This document shows, piece after piece, positions 1 to 8,479 of a stretch of DNA of 48,722 nt. Under the pieces are notes generated by a model. That model was not told the DNA's origin and searched no databases. It saw only the letters and a list, made by a program, of their open reading frames with translations. A program made the position numbers and the translations under genes. The stretch covers positions 1 to 48,722 of the forward strand of contig CADBOE010000053.1 of assembly GCA_902796205.1 (NCBI GenBank), given 5' to 3'. Origin of the DNA: an uncultured Ruminococcus sp. (lineage in GTDB: Bacteria > Bacillota > Clostridia > UBA1212 > UBA1255). Position 1 is the stretch's first letter. The number at the start of each line of letters is the position of its first letter.

Positions 1-462
1 ACTGACGCTCCGGCGACGGACGCTCAGCCGACCGGGGAACCAACGACCGCCGCGCCCGCGACGCCTGAACCGGAGACGCCGGCGCCCGCGACTGACGAGC
101 CTGCTTCGATTGACGAAAAAGGGTCGTATTATTCGAAGGAAGAAGTGGCGCTTTACATTCATACGTACGGAAAGCTGCCTTCCAATTTCATTACGAAAAA
201 CGCGGCGAAGAATCTCGGCTGGTCCGGAAACGGATCCGACAAGCTCGAAAAGTACGCTCCCGGAAAAGCTATCGGGGGAGACAACTTCGGAAATTACGAG
301 GGCTTGCTCCCGAAGAAGAACGGCCGGAAGTATTACGAGTGCGACGTGGATACGAAGGGAAAGGTCAGAGGCGTCAAACGCATCGTTTTTTCAAACGACG
401 GACTGATCTATTATACTGAGGATCACTACGAATCGTTTGAGCTGCTTTACGGTGATCCGTGA
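1..462 (+). CDS. Barnase-family (N1/T1/barnase) secreted guanyl-specific ribonuclease, C-terminal part; the 5' end lies outside the window
   Basis: Frame 1 is open from base 1. It reads a Pro/Thr/Ala/Glu linker (TDAPATDAQPTGEPTTAAPATPEPETPAPATDEPAS), then a domain alignable by eye to barnase: YIHTYGKLPSNFITK, APGKAIGGDNFGNYEGLLP, YYECDV (Glu73 equivalent), RGVKRIVFS (Arg83/Arg87), YYTEDHYESF (His102). The track's GTG at 145 is probably internal. Confidence 0.85.
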   Translation, partial: TDAPATDAQPTGEPTTAAPATPEPETPAPATDEPASIDEKGSYYSKEEVALYIHTYGKLPSNFITKNAAKNLGWSGNGSDKLEKYAPGKAIGGDNFGNYEGLLPKKNGRKYYECDVDTKGKVRGVKRIVFSNDGLIYYTEDHYESFELLYGDP

Positions 463-476
463 CGGGAGGTCGGAAA

Positions 477-761
477 GTGAAAGAAGCCAGAGCGGATATG
501 CGCCGCGCATCAGATAAAAAAGAAGCTATCGCGCTTATTTACAAAGCCATCGGCTTTGAAGGAGAAGCGGGACTGAATCTCGACGCGCTCGCCGACGTGC
601 TTTCGGCGTGGGGAACGCCGGTGAGAGTGCGCCTGCTTTACTGGAACGGCTTTGCTGCCAGAGAGCCGCGGGCCGCTTCGGGGATAATGAACGTTTTGGA
701 TGACGTGATGGCGGGGAACCGCTGTCTCGTTTTCGCCTACTGCCCGGCGGGCAGAAAATAA
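477..761 (+). CDS. Barstar-like ribonuclease inhibitor (immunity protein)
   Basis: It lies immediately downstream of the RNase. GLNLDALADVLSAW matches the barstar inhibitory helix motif (NLDALWDCLTGW). GGGAGG at 464-469 sits 7 nt before the GTG at 477. The alternative in-frame GTG at 459 overlaps the RNase stop. Confidence 0.8.
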   Translation: MKEARADMRRASDKKEAIALIYKAIGFEGEAGLNLDALADVLSAWGTPVRVRLLYWNGFAAREPRAASGIMNVLDDVMAGNRCLVFAYCPAGRK

Positions 762-803
762 TACCGGCGGCGCTGCCGTCAAAGAAAGTTCAGAAGGTTT
801 GAA

Positions 804-1484
804 ATGATCAGGAAAATCGCTGCCGAATTTCTCGGCACCATGCTTCTCGTCCTTTTCGGATGCGGAAGCGCCGTGGCCATCAACGCCAAGGTGGAAACTT
901 TTGACGCCGGCGTTTACGTTTTCATCGCGCTTGCGTTCGGACTTGCGCTCGTGATGCTGGCATACGCGTTCGGAGACGTTTCCGGAACGCACGTGAATCC
1001 GGCCGTTTCTCTCGGTATGCTTGCCGCGGGAAGAATGAGTATCAAGGAGTTCTGCGCGTACGTCATCGCTCAGTTTGCGGGCGGTATCGCCGGCGGAGCG
1101 CTTCTTCTCGCCTTCTTCGGCAAGGAGACAGGTCTCGGATCGAACGGATATGCCGAAAACAGCGCTCTGAACAGCTCTCTGTGGCAGGCTCTGCTGATCG
1201 AATGCATATTGACGTTCGCTTTCGTTCTGCTGATCCTGTTCGTCACGGACAAGGCCGAAAGGTCTTCCGTCGCCGGTCTTGTCATCGGCCTCACTCTCGC
1301 CGTTATCCACATCCTCGGACTGCCTTTCACAGGGACTTCCGTAAATCCCGCGAGATCCTTCGGCCCCGCGCTTTTCGCCGGCGGATCGTTCCTTTCGCAG
1401 GTATGGGTATTCATTCTCGCTCCTCTTGCGGGCGGAGCGCTTGCCGCCGTGGCTTACAGGCTGCTCAAGGCTAAAAAGGAATGA
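804..1484 (+). CDS. aqpZ: Aquaporin Z / MIP-family water channel
   Basis: Six hydrophobic segments and both NPA boxes (HVNPAVSLG and SVNPARSFG); 226 aa. Confidence 0.9.
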   Translation: MIRKIAAEFLGTMLLVLFGCGSAVAINAKVETFDAGVYVFIALAFGLALVMLAYAFGDVSGTHVNPAVSLGMLAAGRMSIKEFCAYVIAQFAGGIAGGALLLAFFGKETGLGSNGYAENSALNSSLWQALLIECILTFAFVLLILFVTDKAERSSVAGLVIGLTLAVIHILGLPFTGTSVNPARSFGPALFAGGSFLSQVWVFILAPLAGGALAAVAYRLLKAKKE

Positions 1485-3082
1485 TGACGATGCCCGGCAG
1501 AAAGGCTTTTCGAAAGCTGTTTGCCGCGGCGTTGACGGCGGTTTGCGCCGTGCTTGTCATTAACGCATATCCGTCACGGCCGTCCGGCGCGGAGATTTCT
1601 CCTTCGTCGCTGACGCGTGACGGATTTGCCGTTCTTGAGATAGAACTTCCGGATTATACCGAAAGCGAGATCGAGCGCGACGTCTGGAAACCTGCCGTAT
1701 ATTCGCTCAGCTGGGACGGGAAGAAGCTTTCCGGAGAAAGCGCGCGGATCAAAGGCAGGGGAAATTACACGTGGGGGCAGTCGAAACGCCCTTACACGAT
1801 CAAGTGCGACAGGAAAACGGACTGGTTCGGGTTCGGCGCGGCGCGCGACTGGGTGCTGCTCGCGAACGTTACCGACCAGACGCACATGAGAAATCTCGTG
1901 GCGCTGACTTTCGCTGCGGAGTTCGGATTTACGTTCACGCCGGAATGCAGACCGGCTCACGTTTTTATCAACGGCAGCTACAACGGCCTGTATCTCATAA
2001 CGGAAAAGGTGGAGATTGACCGCGAAAGGCTCGCGATAGACGAGCTCGGCGGCGATATGCTTTTCGAGCTCGACAATAATTACGGATGGAGCGAACCGGA
2101 CAATTTCGTTTCCGACTTCGGAAATCTTTTCGTCGCGAAGGATCCGTCGAGAGAGAAACTGAACAGCGAGAAGGGAAAAACGGTTTCGTTTTCGAAAGCT
2201 TTCTCCGACGCGCGGAAAAAGATCAACGCGTTCGAGAAGGCGTCTGCGGAGGGCTTCGCTTCATATTCGGAATATATCGACGTCGATTCGCTCGTCGACT
2301 GGTATATATTCAACGAAATAATGAAAAACGACGATACGCTTTTCAATTCGAGCATTTATCTGTACAACGATTACGGCGGACTCCTTCATATGGGACCCGT
2401 CTGGGATTACGATCTCGCCATGGGCGGCATCGACAGAAACGACGGGAAGAACCTCGATCCGGAAGGCTTTATGTTTCTGGAGGATTATTGGGGAAGACCG
2501 AACTGGATGAAGAATATCCTGACTGACGACACGTTCCTCGCTATGGTCAGCGAACGCTGGACAAATCTCCGCGCGAAAGGACTTTTTGAAGAGATCCTCT
2601 CTTTTACGGAACTCATGCGGGGGAGGCTCAAAGAGGCCGCGCAGACCGATCACGATCTATGGGGAGGGAACGGCGTTTTCGTCCGGTCGGAAACGTACGA
2701 TCTCGCCGTCGATCATCTTAAAGACTTTCTGACAAAAAGGATCGGGTGGCTGGATTCCCAATGGAACGGCTCCGGCGTTACCGCGGCTCCGGCGACGGCG
2801 TCTCCCGTTACGGCGGCTCCGACTGCCACGGCTCCGGTTACTGACGGCGGATATGCCTCGCCCTCTCCGCAGCGGACGGGACCTGCCTCGCCGGAGGGTA
2901 CGGACGGGACCGGCGCGGTCATAAGCAGCACGGACGGCGGAAACGATTACACGGTCCTGAACTACGTTCTGCTCTTTACCGGTGTAGCCGCCGGTACGTT
3001 TCTCGTTATAATGATCGTCTTCGCGGCTATGAGGGCGGTAGCCGTGAAAAGGGGACGGGACGCCGGCGGGACGGATAAATGA
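1481..3082 (+). CDS. CotH-family (spore-coat protein H-like kinase) protein with N-terminal signal peptide, PT-rich linker and C-terminal TM anchor
   Basis: CotH-like core (RIKGRGNYTWGQSKRPYTIKCD...WVLLANVTDQTHMRN...FINGSYNGLYLITEKVE). Then APATASPVTAAPTATAPVT and a hydrophobic tail LLFTGVAAGTFLVIMIVFAAM followed by basic residues. The ATG overlaps the aqpZ stop (ATGA). Confidence 0.8.
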   Translation: MMTMPGRKAFRKLFAAALTAVCAVLVINAYPSRPSGAEISPSSLTRDGFAVLEIELPDYTESEIERDVWKPAVYSLSWDGKKLSGESARIKGRGNYTWGQSKRPYTIKCDRKTDWFGFGAARDWVLLANVTDQTHMRNLVALTFAAEFGFTFTPECRPAHVFINGSYNGLYLITEKVEIDRERLAIDELGGDMLFELDNNYGWSEPDNFVSDFGNLFVAKDPSREKLNSEKGKTVSFSKAFSDARKKINAFEKASAEGFASYSEYIDVDSLVDWYIFNEIMKNDDTLFNSSIYLYNDYGGLLHMGPVWDYDLAMGGIDRNDGKNLDPEGFMFLEDYWGRPNWMKNILTDDTFLAMVSERWTNLRAKGLFEEILSFTELMRGRLKEAAQTDHDLWGGNGVFVRSETYDLAVDHLKDFLTKRIGWLDSQWNGSGVTAAPATASPVTAAPTATAPVTDGGYASPSPQRTGPASPEGTDGTGAVISSTDGGNDYTVLNYVLLFTGVAAGTFLVIMIVFAAMRAVAVKRGRDAGGTDK

Positions 3083-3131
3083 TGAAGCGGAGAAATGCGG
3101 TAACAATATAAAAACAAAATTGGTGGTAAAT

Positions 3132-4211
3132 ATGAAATACAAGCCCGGAAATACGAAAAAACGAATTCCGGCCGGGATCATAAGTGTTTTGATGACCGGC
3201 CTGATGTGTATGACGTGCGGATGCGGCGGAGCCGGCTCCGGAACCGCGGCGACGGATGAGGTCCCCGGTACGTCCGCTCCCGAACCGACACCTGAAAGGA
3301 AATATACGATGATGCAGCTATTTGACGATTTCGATTACAGAAACGGTTTTACGGTGATAGGACAGAATACGGTTAAAAGAGGAAACGTATATCTCGATCC
3401 CGAGCGTCCCGAAGGCGGGGAGGAGAAGCCTTCGTGGATGATCGCGCAATGGAACTCCGGCCCGTGCCTCTACAGGGACAGGGTGGAAACGGCACAGAAC
3501 ATCCTGAGCGACGGAAGCGTAAAAACGGTGACTTTCGATCCGGCGGACAGATCCGTCGCGCTAAGGCTGAACACTTTTCCGATATATAACGGGGCGCCCG
3601 GGAAAACGGATAAATGGCCTCATCTGCTTCTCGAACAGTCGCCGCTTGATTTCAATCCGGCGAAATCCGTTGATTCCGAAAAGGCTCCTTACTATTGCTG
3701 CTCCGCGGACAGGATGGAAGTCGAACTCGACATCAGGATGAATTCGTACAGACACGAGGAGATCGAAGGGGTGAACGCCGCGCAGTTCCTGTCATACTAC
3801 TATCTTAAAAGCGTCACGGGCGACGATTTCATCTGGTTCGGGGTACCGCTTTTCGACAACAGAGGAGAGACGCAGATTTACTGGGCCGTTGATACCGCCG
3901 GCTCCGACAGGATGATCTACAGCATTGCCAGCACGGACACCTATAAAAACAGCCCGCATTCGCTTTTAAACGCATCCGGTGAACCGATAGTATCTGACGA
4001 GTGGATACACGTGAAAGTCGATCTGAAGCCCCATCTCGAGGCCGTGCTGAACCGCGCGCTCAGCGACGGAAAGCTCAAATACGCCAAATCGCTTGACGAA
4101 CTGTATATAAGCGGCGTGAATATCGGCTGGGAGACGATCGGAAGCTTCGATGCAGAGATACAGATACGCGATTTCAAACTCTGCTCATACGTCGAAGACG
4201 ACGGACAATAA
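3132..4211 (+). CDS. Secreted lipoprotein of unknown function (beta-sandwich/lectin-like by composition)
   Basis: Lipobox-like LMCMTCGCGG after a basic N-terminus. ATG 3132 is preferred over TTG 3120 (GGTGG lies 5 nt upstream). I recognise no family motif. Confidence 0.6.
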   Translation: MKYKPGNTKKRIPAGIISVLMTGLMCMTCGCGGAGSGTAATDEVPGTSAPEPTPERKYTMMQLFDDFDYRNGFTVIGQNTVKRGNVYLDPERPEGGEEKPSWMIAQWNSGPCLYRDRVETAQNILSDGSVKTVTFDPADRSVALRLNTFPIYNGAPGKTDKWPHLLLEQSPLDFNPAKSVDSEKAPYYCCSADRMEVELDIRMNSYRHEEIEGVNAAQFLSYYYLKSVTGDDFIWFGVPLFDNRGETQIYWAVDTAGSDRMIYSIASTDTYKNSPHSLLNASGEPIVSDEWIHVKVDLKPHLEAVLNRALSDGKLKYAKSLDELYISGVNIGWETIGSFDAEIQIRDFKLCSYVEDDGQ

Positions 4212-4261
4212 GCGATACGGACGTATTCGTGCATCGGTAGTCACATTTTAATAAACAAAGA

Positions 4262-4300
4262 GGGCGGGATCAGCGCGTGATCCCGCCCGTTCTGTTTCTG
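4262..4300. terminator. Bidirectional intrinsic terminator between convergent genes
   Basis: Perfect 11-bp stem GGGCGGGATCA / TGATCCCGCCC (4262-4272 / 4278-4288) with a 5-nt loop. T-rich tracts flank it on both strands. Confidence 0.65.
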
Positions 4301-4313
4301 TCCGGTCCGATCC

Positions 4314-6368
4314 TTATCTGACCACGAACGTGAATCTTCCGCCAGGAGCGGCTTCGCCGTCCGTGTACAGATTCAGCACGTTGCCCTCGTTTTCGCCGAT
4401 AAGATTGTTGTCGCACCATTTGAAGCCGAACACGGGAGGCTTTCCGATCTCCGGCATGCCGAGCATCGTTCTCGGAACGCGGATCTGGATCACGTTTTTG
4501 CGGACGTAATATTCGACCGTGCCGACCGTTTCCCAGGTCCAGCCGCCTGTCGAGCGTTCGAGCGTGCAGTGCGTTTCATCGGAGGGATTCACGCGGTTAA
4601 TCACGTATTCAAAGCCTTCCCACGAATTTCCGGTTCCGCTCAGATCGGTGTCGATGAATAGCCTCATCCAGCCTTCGTCCGTGTACGGAGTCAGCTCGTT
4701 CGCGGCATCGGCGTAGAAATAGATATACCTGTCGTCGTAGGCGACCTTCGCGTTCACGACGTCGTTCCGGCCCGTATCGCTCTTGTAGACCTTGTTGCCG
4801 TATCCGCGGGAGCCGTTCTGTTTGCTTCGTTCCCACGTGCTGTTGACGTACGTGCTGAAGGCGGGGATATCCTTCCATTGAGAGATCTTTCCGCCGATGT
4901 CTATCGTCGCCTTGCGGTTGGCTTCAGGCTCGGGATCGACGCCCTTGTATCTTCTGATATTCTCGCACAGCTGATAGTAATAATAGTCGCTCATTATACC
5001 GTTGCTCGGCTCGATATCGCGGCTGTATTCCGTGTCATACTGATCGACCATCGTATTTTTTATGCTCTTGTCGCCTTCCCACGTCTCTGATCTGATCGCC
5101 ACCCACTCGTTCCAGCCGGTGACGAAAATGAATTCGGGATCCAGGCTGATGGCGTAGTCCCATTGCTGCTGGAAATTCAGACCGTAGAATTTCGAATTTT
5201 CAATGTTTTTGTCAACGGTGACTTTTTCGCCGTTTTTAGTGTACGAATACGAATAATCGCCTTTCGTATAGCTTCTGCCGGTAACGTTGTAGCCGCTCAT
5301 CGCGGTAATGACTCCGCGCTTGTAATCCGAATTCTGGGCGACGCCGACGGTGATCTGCTCGACGGTACCGTCGCTGTTCCTGTAAGCGGCCTGAGGATAA
5401 AGGGAGAGCCAGCCCCAGTGGGAGCTGTCCCCGTCCTCCATGAAATACGAGCCGTCGTTCATCCGCCACGTGAAGAAATCGCGGATCTGTTTGTCGTCCG
5501 CCGAGTTCGAAAGGGAATTCGGATAGCCCATCATAAGCGGCTTTCCCTTCCAGTAGAACCAGAGATCCTGATATTTGTTTTTGCTGTATATGTCTTCCCA
5601 GAGGGCTCTCATCTGCGTTCCCGCCCATTCGACTGCGCCGAAGGGGAGCATGAACACTATCTGAGGCACTTTGACGCCCTCTGCCTTGGCCTGCGTGAAC
5701 GTTTCGAATATCGCGGTGTACGACTCCTTCCAAGTGAAAGTGCCGTTTGTATTGTCGAAAATTATGCAGTCGACGCCGGCGTCGGCAAGCATTTCGGCGT
5801 GCTTTCTCAGAACGTATTTGTCGGCCGTCGAATAATAACCGAACACGGGCTCGTCCCAGAAATGGTAGCCTCCGGTTTTCTTCCAGACCTTGTGGTTGAA
5901 ATCATGCTTCGCGGCCTCGCGCTCCTCCTCGCTGAGCGGCTCCATGATCTTCGTGACGTTTCTGATGCCGTTGGAACGGCCGAGCTCCTCGTGCCAGTCT
6001 GAATAGAATATGCCGACGAACCTGTCGGAACGGAATCCGCCTACCTTGCCTGAATACTGTGACGACGAATATTCGTCGCTGGAGAATGACAGCGTCCTTC
6101 CGAGACCGTCGACGGCGGCGTAGCTCATGGGTCTGACGAGCGATCCGTCCTGCGCCGTGACCGGGAGGTCAAACGGTACGTCATACGCCTCTTCAAGGCT
6201 GAGCGGCTGCGCCGTAGGAGTCTCCGGCTCGATCGTCGGAATCTCCGTAGGCAGCGGTTCGGGAGTATTCGTACCGCCTCCGCCTACTGTACACGACGAG
6301 AGCGCCGTAATGGCCGTGAGCGACAGAAGCAGCGCTTTGATCAATGGTTTCGTTCTTCTTTTTCCCAT
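4314..6368 (-). CDS. Secreted lipoprotein, putative TIM-barrel glycoside hydrolase with C-terminal beta-sandwich domain (family unassigned)
   Basis: Lipobox LSSCTVGGGG and a PT linker. The core HFWDEPVFGYYSTADKYVLRKHAEMLADAGVDCIIFDNTNG is typical of uncharacterised GH-like TIM barrels. The C-terminal RLFIDTDLSGTGNSWEGFEYVINR looks like a sandwich domain. Confidence 0.6.
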   Translation of the reverse strand: MGKRRTKPLIKALLLSLTAITALSSCTVGGGGTNTPEPLPTEIPTIEPETPTAQPLSLEEAYDVPFDLPVTAQDGSLVRPMSYAAVDGLGRTLSFSSDEYSSSQYSGKVGGFRSDRFVGIFYSDWHEELGRSNGIRNVTKIMEPLSEEEREAAKHDFNHKVWKKTGGYHFWDEPVFGYYSTADKYVLRKHAEMLADAGVDCIIFDNTNGTFTWKESYTAIFETFTQAKAEGVKVPQIVFMLPFGAVEWAGTQMRALWEDIYSKNKYQDLWFYWKGKPLMMGYPNSLSNSADDKQIRDFFTWRMNDGSYFMEDGDSSHWGWLSLYPQAAYRNSDGTVEQITVGVAQNSDYKRGVITAMSGYNVTGRSYTKGDYSYSYTKNGEKVTVDKNIENSKFYGLNFQQQWDYAISLDPEFIFVTGWNEWVAIRSETWEGDKSIKNTMVDQYDTEYSRDIEPSNGIMSDYYYYQLCENIRRYKGVDPEPEANRKATIDIGGKISQWKDIPAFSTYVNSTWERSKQNGSRGYGNKVYKSDTGRNDVVNAKVAYDDRYIYFYADAANELTPYTDEGWMRLFIDTDLSGTGNSWEGFEYVINRVNPSDETHCTLERSTGGWTWETVGTVEYYVRKNVIQIRVPRTMLGMPEIGKPPVFGFKWCDNNLIGENEGNVLNLYTDGEAAPGGRFTFVVR

Positions 6369-6433
6369 CTTAGATTTATCCTTTCTTTCAAGACGTGAGT
6401 CGTTAAGTTCAGCAAACAGGCAGAGCCGGGAGA

Positions 6434-7168
6434 TCAGACCGGCGGGCGGTCTCCGGCGTTTCCGACGGCGGCAAAAACGATGTCGCTCACTTCGGCGGAA
6501 ATGCTTTCGACAGATCTCATTTCACCGTCGTCTCCGGTGCAGGCGACGGTCCTCGATCCCGGAAACATCGCGGCGCAGGTGATATAGCCGTGGCGCACCG
6601 TCTCGAGAAGCATCGTGTCTTTTTCGTAAACGTCCGCTTTTTCTCCGCCGACGTATTCGCGGCGCCCTTTCTTTGCGACGTTTTTCCTGGACGTTCCGAC
6701 GGGGACGTCGAATATCAGAAAAATATCGGGCTCCGGAATGCCGAGTATCACGAATTCGAGCTCGAACAGCCATTTTATGTAATCCTCCAGAGCCGCCTGG
6801 GGATCCTCGCCTTTTTTCATAGCGGCGATCTGCACCCTCGATCCCTGGTAAGCCGCGTTAGCCATCGTGGAGCGGTTCAGAAGTATCACGTCGGTCCCGG
6901 ACGCGTCCAGCGCCCCGAAGGCCTTGACTCTGTCCATCGCGTACCACAGCGACATCGACCTGACGTCGAGATCCGCCGCCGTTACGTCTCCGTCGCCGGA
7001 CAGAAGTCTTCCGATCTCCCTGCCGAAAAAAGAATCGTAGCAGGGGAAATCAAGTATTTTCACGCTGAATCCGGCTTTCACGAGATTCGCTTCAAGACGC
7101 AATAGCTGAACGCTCTTTCCGCTTCCGTCTATGCCCTCAAGCGCGATTATCAAAGGTCGTTTTTCCAT
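6434..7168 (-). CDS. Thymidylate kinase-family protein (type I / eukaryote-like TMPK paralog)
   Basis: P-loop LEGIDGSGKS, DFPCYDSFFGREIGRLLSG (compare human TMPK FPERSTEIGKLL), WYAMDRVKAF, LLNRSTMANAAYQG. AGGTGA lies 6 nt before the ATG. Confidence 0.75.
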   Translation of the reverse strand: MEKRPLIIALEGIDGSGKSVQLLRLEANLVKAGFSVKILDFPCYDSFFGREIGRLLSGDGDVTAADLDVRSMSLWYAMDRVKAFGALDASGTDVILLNRSTMANAAYQGSRVQIAAMKKGEDPQAALEDYIKWLFELEFVILGIPEPDIFLIFDVPVGTSRKNVAKKGRREYVGGEKADVYEKDTMLLETVRHGYITCAAMFPGSRTVACTGDDGEMRSVESISAEVSDIVFAAVGNAGDRPPV

Positions 7169-7580
7169 ATTCGCTCACCTGTTCGTCCGGTCCGACGCAA
7201 TAAAGCGGGATCCCCGGAAAATCTCTGACTATCTCGTCTGCAAAACGGCTCCGGCTCCCCGGCGCGGCGGTACCTGCAAACATCGCGTCCGGCTCCGTCT
7301 CGCTTATAAGCTTTTTCGCCGCCGACAGTCTGTCGTCCGAGTAAACGACGGTAAGCGAGGCACGGAAGGCCTTCGCGGCTTCGTCGAGTCTTTCGAGATC
7401 GGCGATCGTGTCGTGCCAGTTGTCCCTCGTCTCCGCCTGCACGCTGACCACCTTCAGTCCGAGTCCGGATCTGTCCGCGAATTCGCGTGCGCAGCCGACG
7501 ATCCTGCCTGCCGCTTCCGGGTTCGTTATCCATACGAGCAGAGTCTGCGCGCCGTTCTTTGATCTATCTGTATGCGACAT
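7137..7580 (-). CDS. USP-like (adenine-nucleotide alpha-hydrolase fold) domain protein
   Basis: The 147-aa product shows a LLVWITNPEAAGRIVGCAREFADRSGLGLKVVSVQ pattern resembling universal-stress / KdpD-USP domains. Its 3' end overlaps the tmk-like start by 32 nt. Confidence 0.5.
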   Translation of the reverse strand: MSHTDRSKNGAQTLLVWITNPEAAGRIVGCAREFADRSGLGLKVVSVQAETRDNWHDTIADLERLDEAAKAFRASLTVVYSDDRLSAAKKLISETEPDAMFAGTAAPGSRSRFADEIVRDFPGIPLYCVGPDEQVSEYGKTTFDNRA

Positions 7581-7636
7581 CGTTACCTGTCCTTAACTGT
7601 ATTCTGAAGTGAAAAAACCGTTTCCACGCCGTTCCC

Positions 7637-7666
7637 ATTCTAACATGAACGGAGATGATTTTGCAA
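7637..7666 (-). promoter_or_regulatory. Sigma-70-type promoter for the USP-like/TMPK-like operon
   Basis: On the minus strand: TTGCAA, 18 nt, TAGAAT preceded by TGt (extended -10), about 55 nt upstream of the ATG at 7580. Confidence 0.45.
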
Positions 7667-7671
7667 CGCCG

Positions 7672-7700
7672 TTTACATTCGGCGCGCTCTACTTTATAAT
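7672..7700 (+). promoter_or_regulatory. Sigma-70-type promoter facing the ECF sigma gene
   Basis: TTTACA (7672-7677), 17 nt, TATAAT (7695-7700). It stands back-to-back with the minus-strand promoter and would give a ~215-nt leader. Confidence 0.45.
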
Positions 7701-7921
7701 TTTCACGATAACGCCCGGCCGGACGTCTGACGGCGACCCGCGACGGACGCTGGCGCGAAATGATTGCGGAAAAGTCATGCCGGACCGTAAACGTGATTTT
7801 TATTTTTCAGGTGACCGAGCGGCGGTTAATTGCGTTTATAAGAGTGAGAGGCCTTTGATAGCCTTTCGCCGAAGACGCGCGTACACAGACGGCTGAACCG
7901 GAACAGCCGGGGCGGAGGAAA

Positions 7922-8479
7922 ATGGAAGACAGCACCATCGTAAAAAAAATAATCGACCGCGACGATACGGCGATAGCGGACGTCATGAGTAAATACGGGA
8001 AATACGTAAGAACTATTGCCCGCGGAATACTGAGTGATGAACGCGATGCCGAGGAATGCGCGAACGACGCGGTGCTGAAGGCGTGGGAGAATATCCCGCA
8101 GACCGCTCCGGACGATCTTAAGTCTTATCTCGGAATGCTTACGCGAAACGCGTGCATTTCGCGCAAAAGACTGAATTCGGCCGGGAAGCGCGGGGGAGAC
8201 GCGGAATTCGTTTCCGACGACGAGATCGGCGAGATAGCCGGAAACGGTACGGTTTCCGAGACCGCGGAGGCCGCCGAGCTCGGACGCCTGATCTCCCGCT
8301 TTCTCAGGGAAAGAGACGCTGCCGAGCGGAACTTGTTCATCCGCCGGTATTGGTACGGAGACAGAATAAGCGATATCGCCGCGGCGTTCGGCATGAGCGA
8401 AAGCGCCGTGAAGATGAAGCTGAAGAGGACCAGGGACAGACTGGCCGCGCTGCTGAAGAAAGAAGGTTACGTAAAATGA
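7922..8479 (+). CDS. RNA polymerase sigma-70 family, ECF-type sigma factor
   Basis: 185 aa with a region 2-like segment (YGKYVRTIARGILSDERDAEECANDAVLKAWE) and a region 4 HTH (ISDIAAAFGMSESAVKMKLKRTRDRL). Confidence 0.85.
   Translation: MEDSTIVKKIIDRDDTAIADVMSKYGKYVRTIARGILSDERDAEECANDAVLKAWENIPQTAPDDLKSYLGMLTRNACISRKRLNSAGKRGGDAEFVSDDEIGEIAGNGTVSETAEAAELGRLISRFLRERDAAERNLFIRRYWYGDRISDIAAAFGMSESAVKMKLKRTRDRLAALLKKEGYVK

Noticed and set aside
510-1310. 266-aa minus-strand ORF over barstar and aqpZ
   Set aside because: It is antisense to an aquaporin with both NPA boxes and has a charged, low-complexity product.
7811-7835. tRNA-like fragment GGTGACCGAGCGGCGGTTAAT
   Set aside because: It resembles a tRNA D-arm, but no acceptor stem, anticodon arm or T-loop (GTTCGAATC-like) follows.
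7609-7896. 95-aa plus-strand ORF in the sigma-gene leader
   Set aside because: It has a GTG start without an RBS, spans the promoter region, and its product is Arg/Pro-rich with no features.
8152-8475. N-terminal 108 codons of the track's 773-aa ORF
   Set aside because: This stretch is an out-of-frame run-on inside the sigma factor gene and is very Arg-rich. The ATG at 8476 with ATGA coupling gives a sensible membrane protein.
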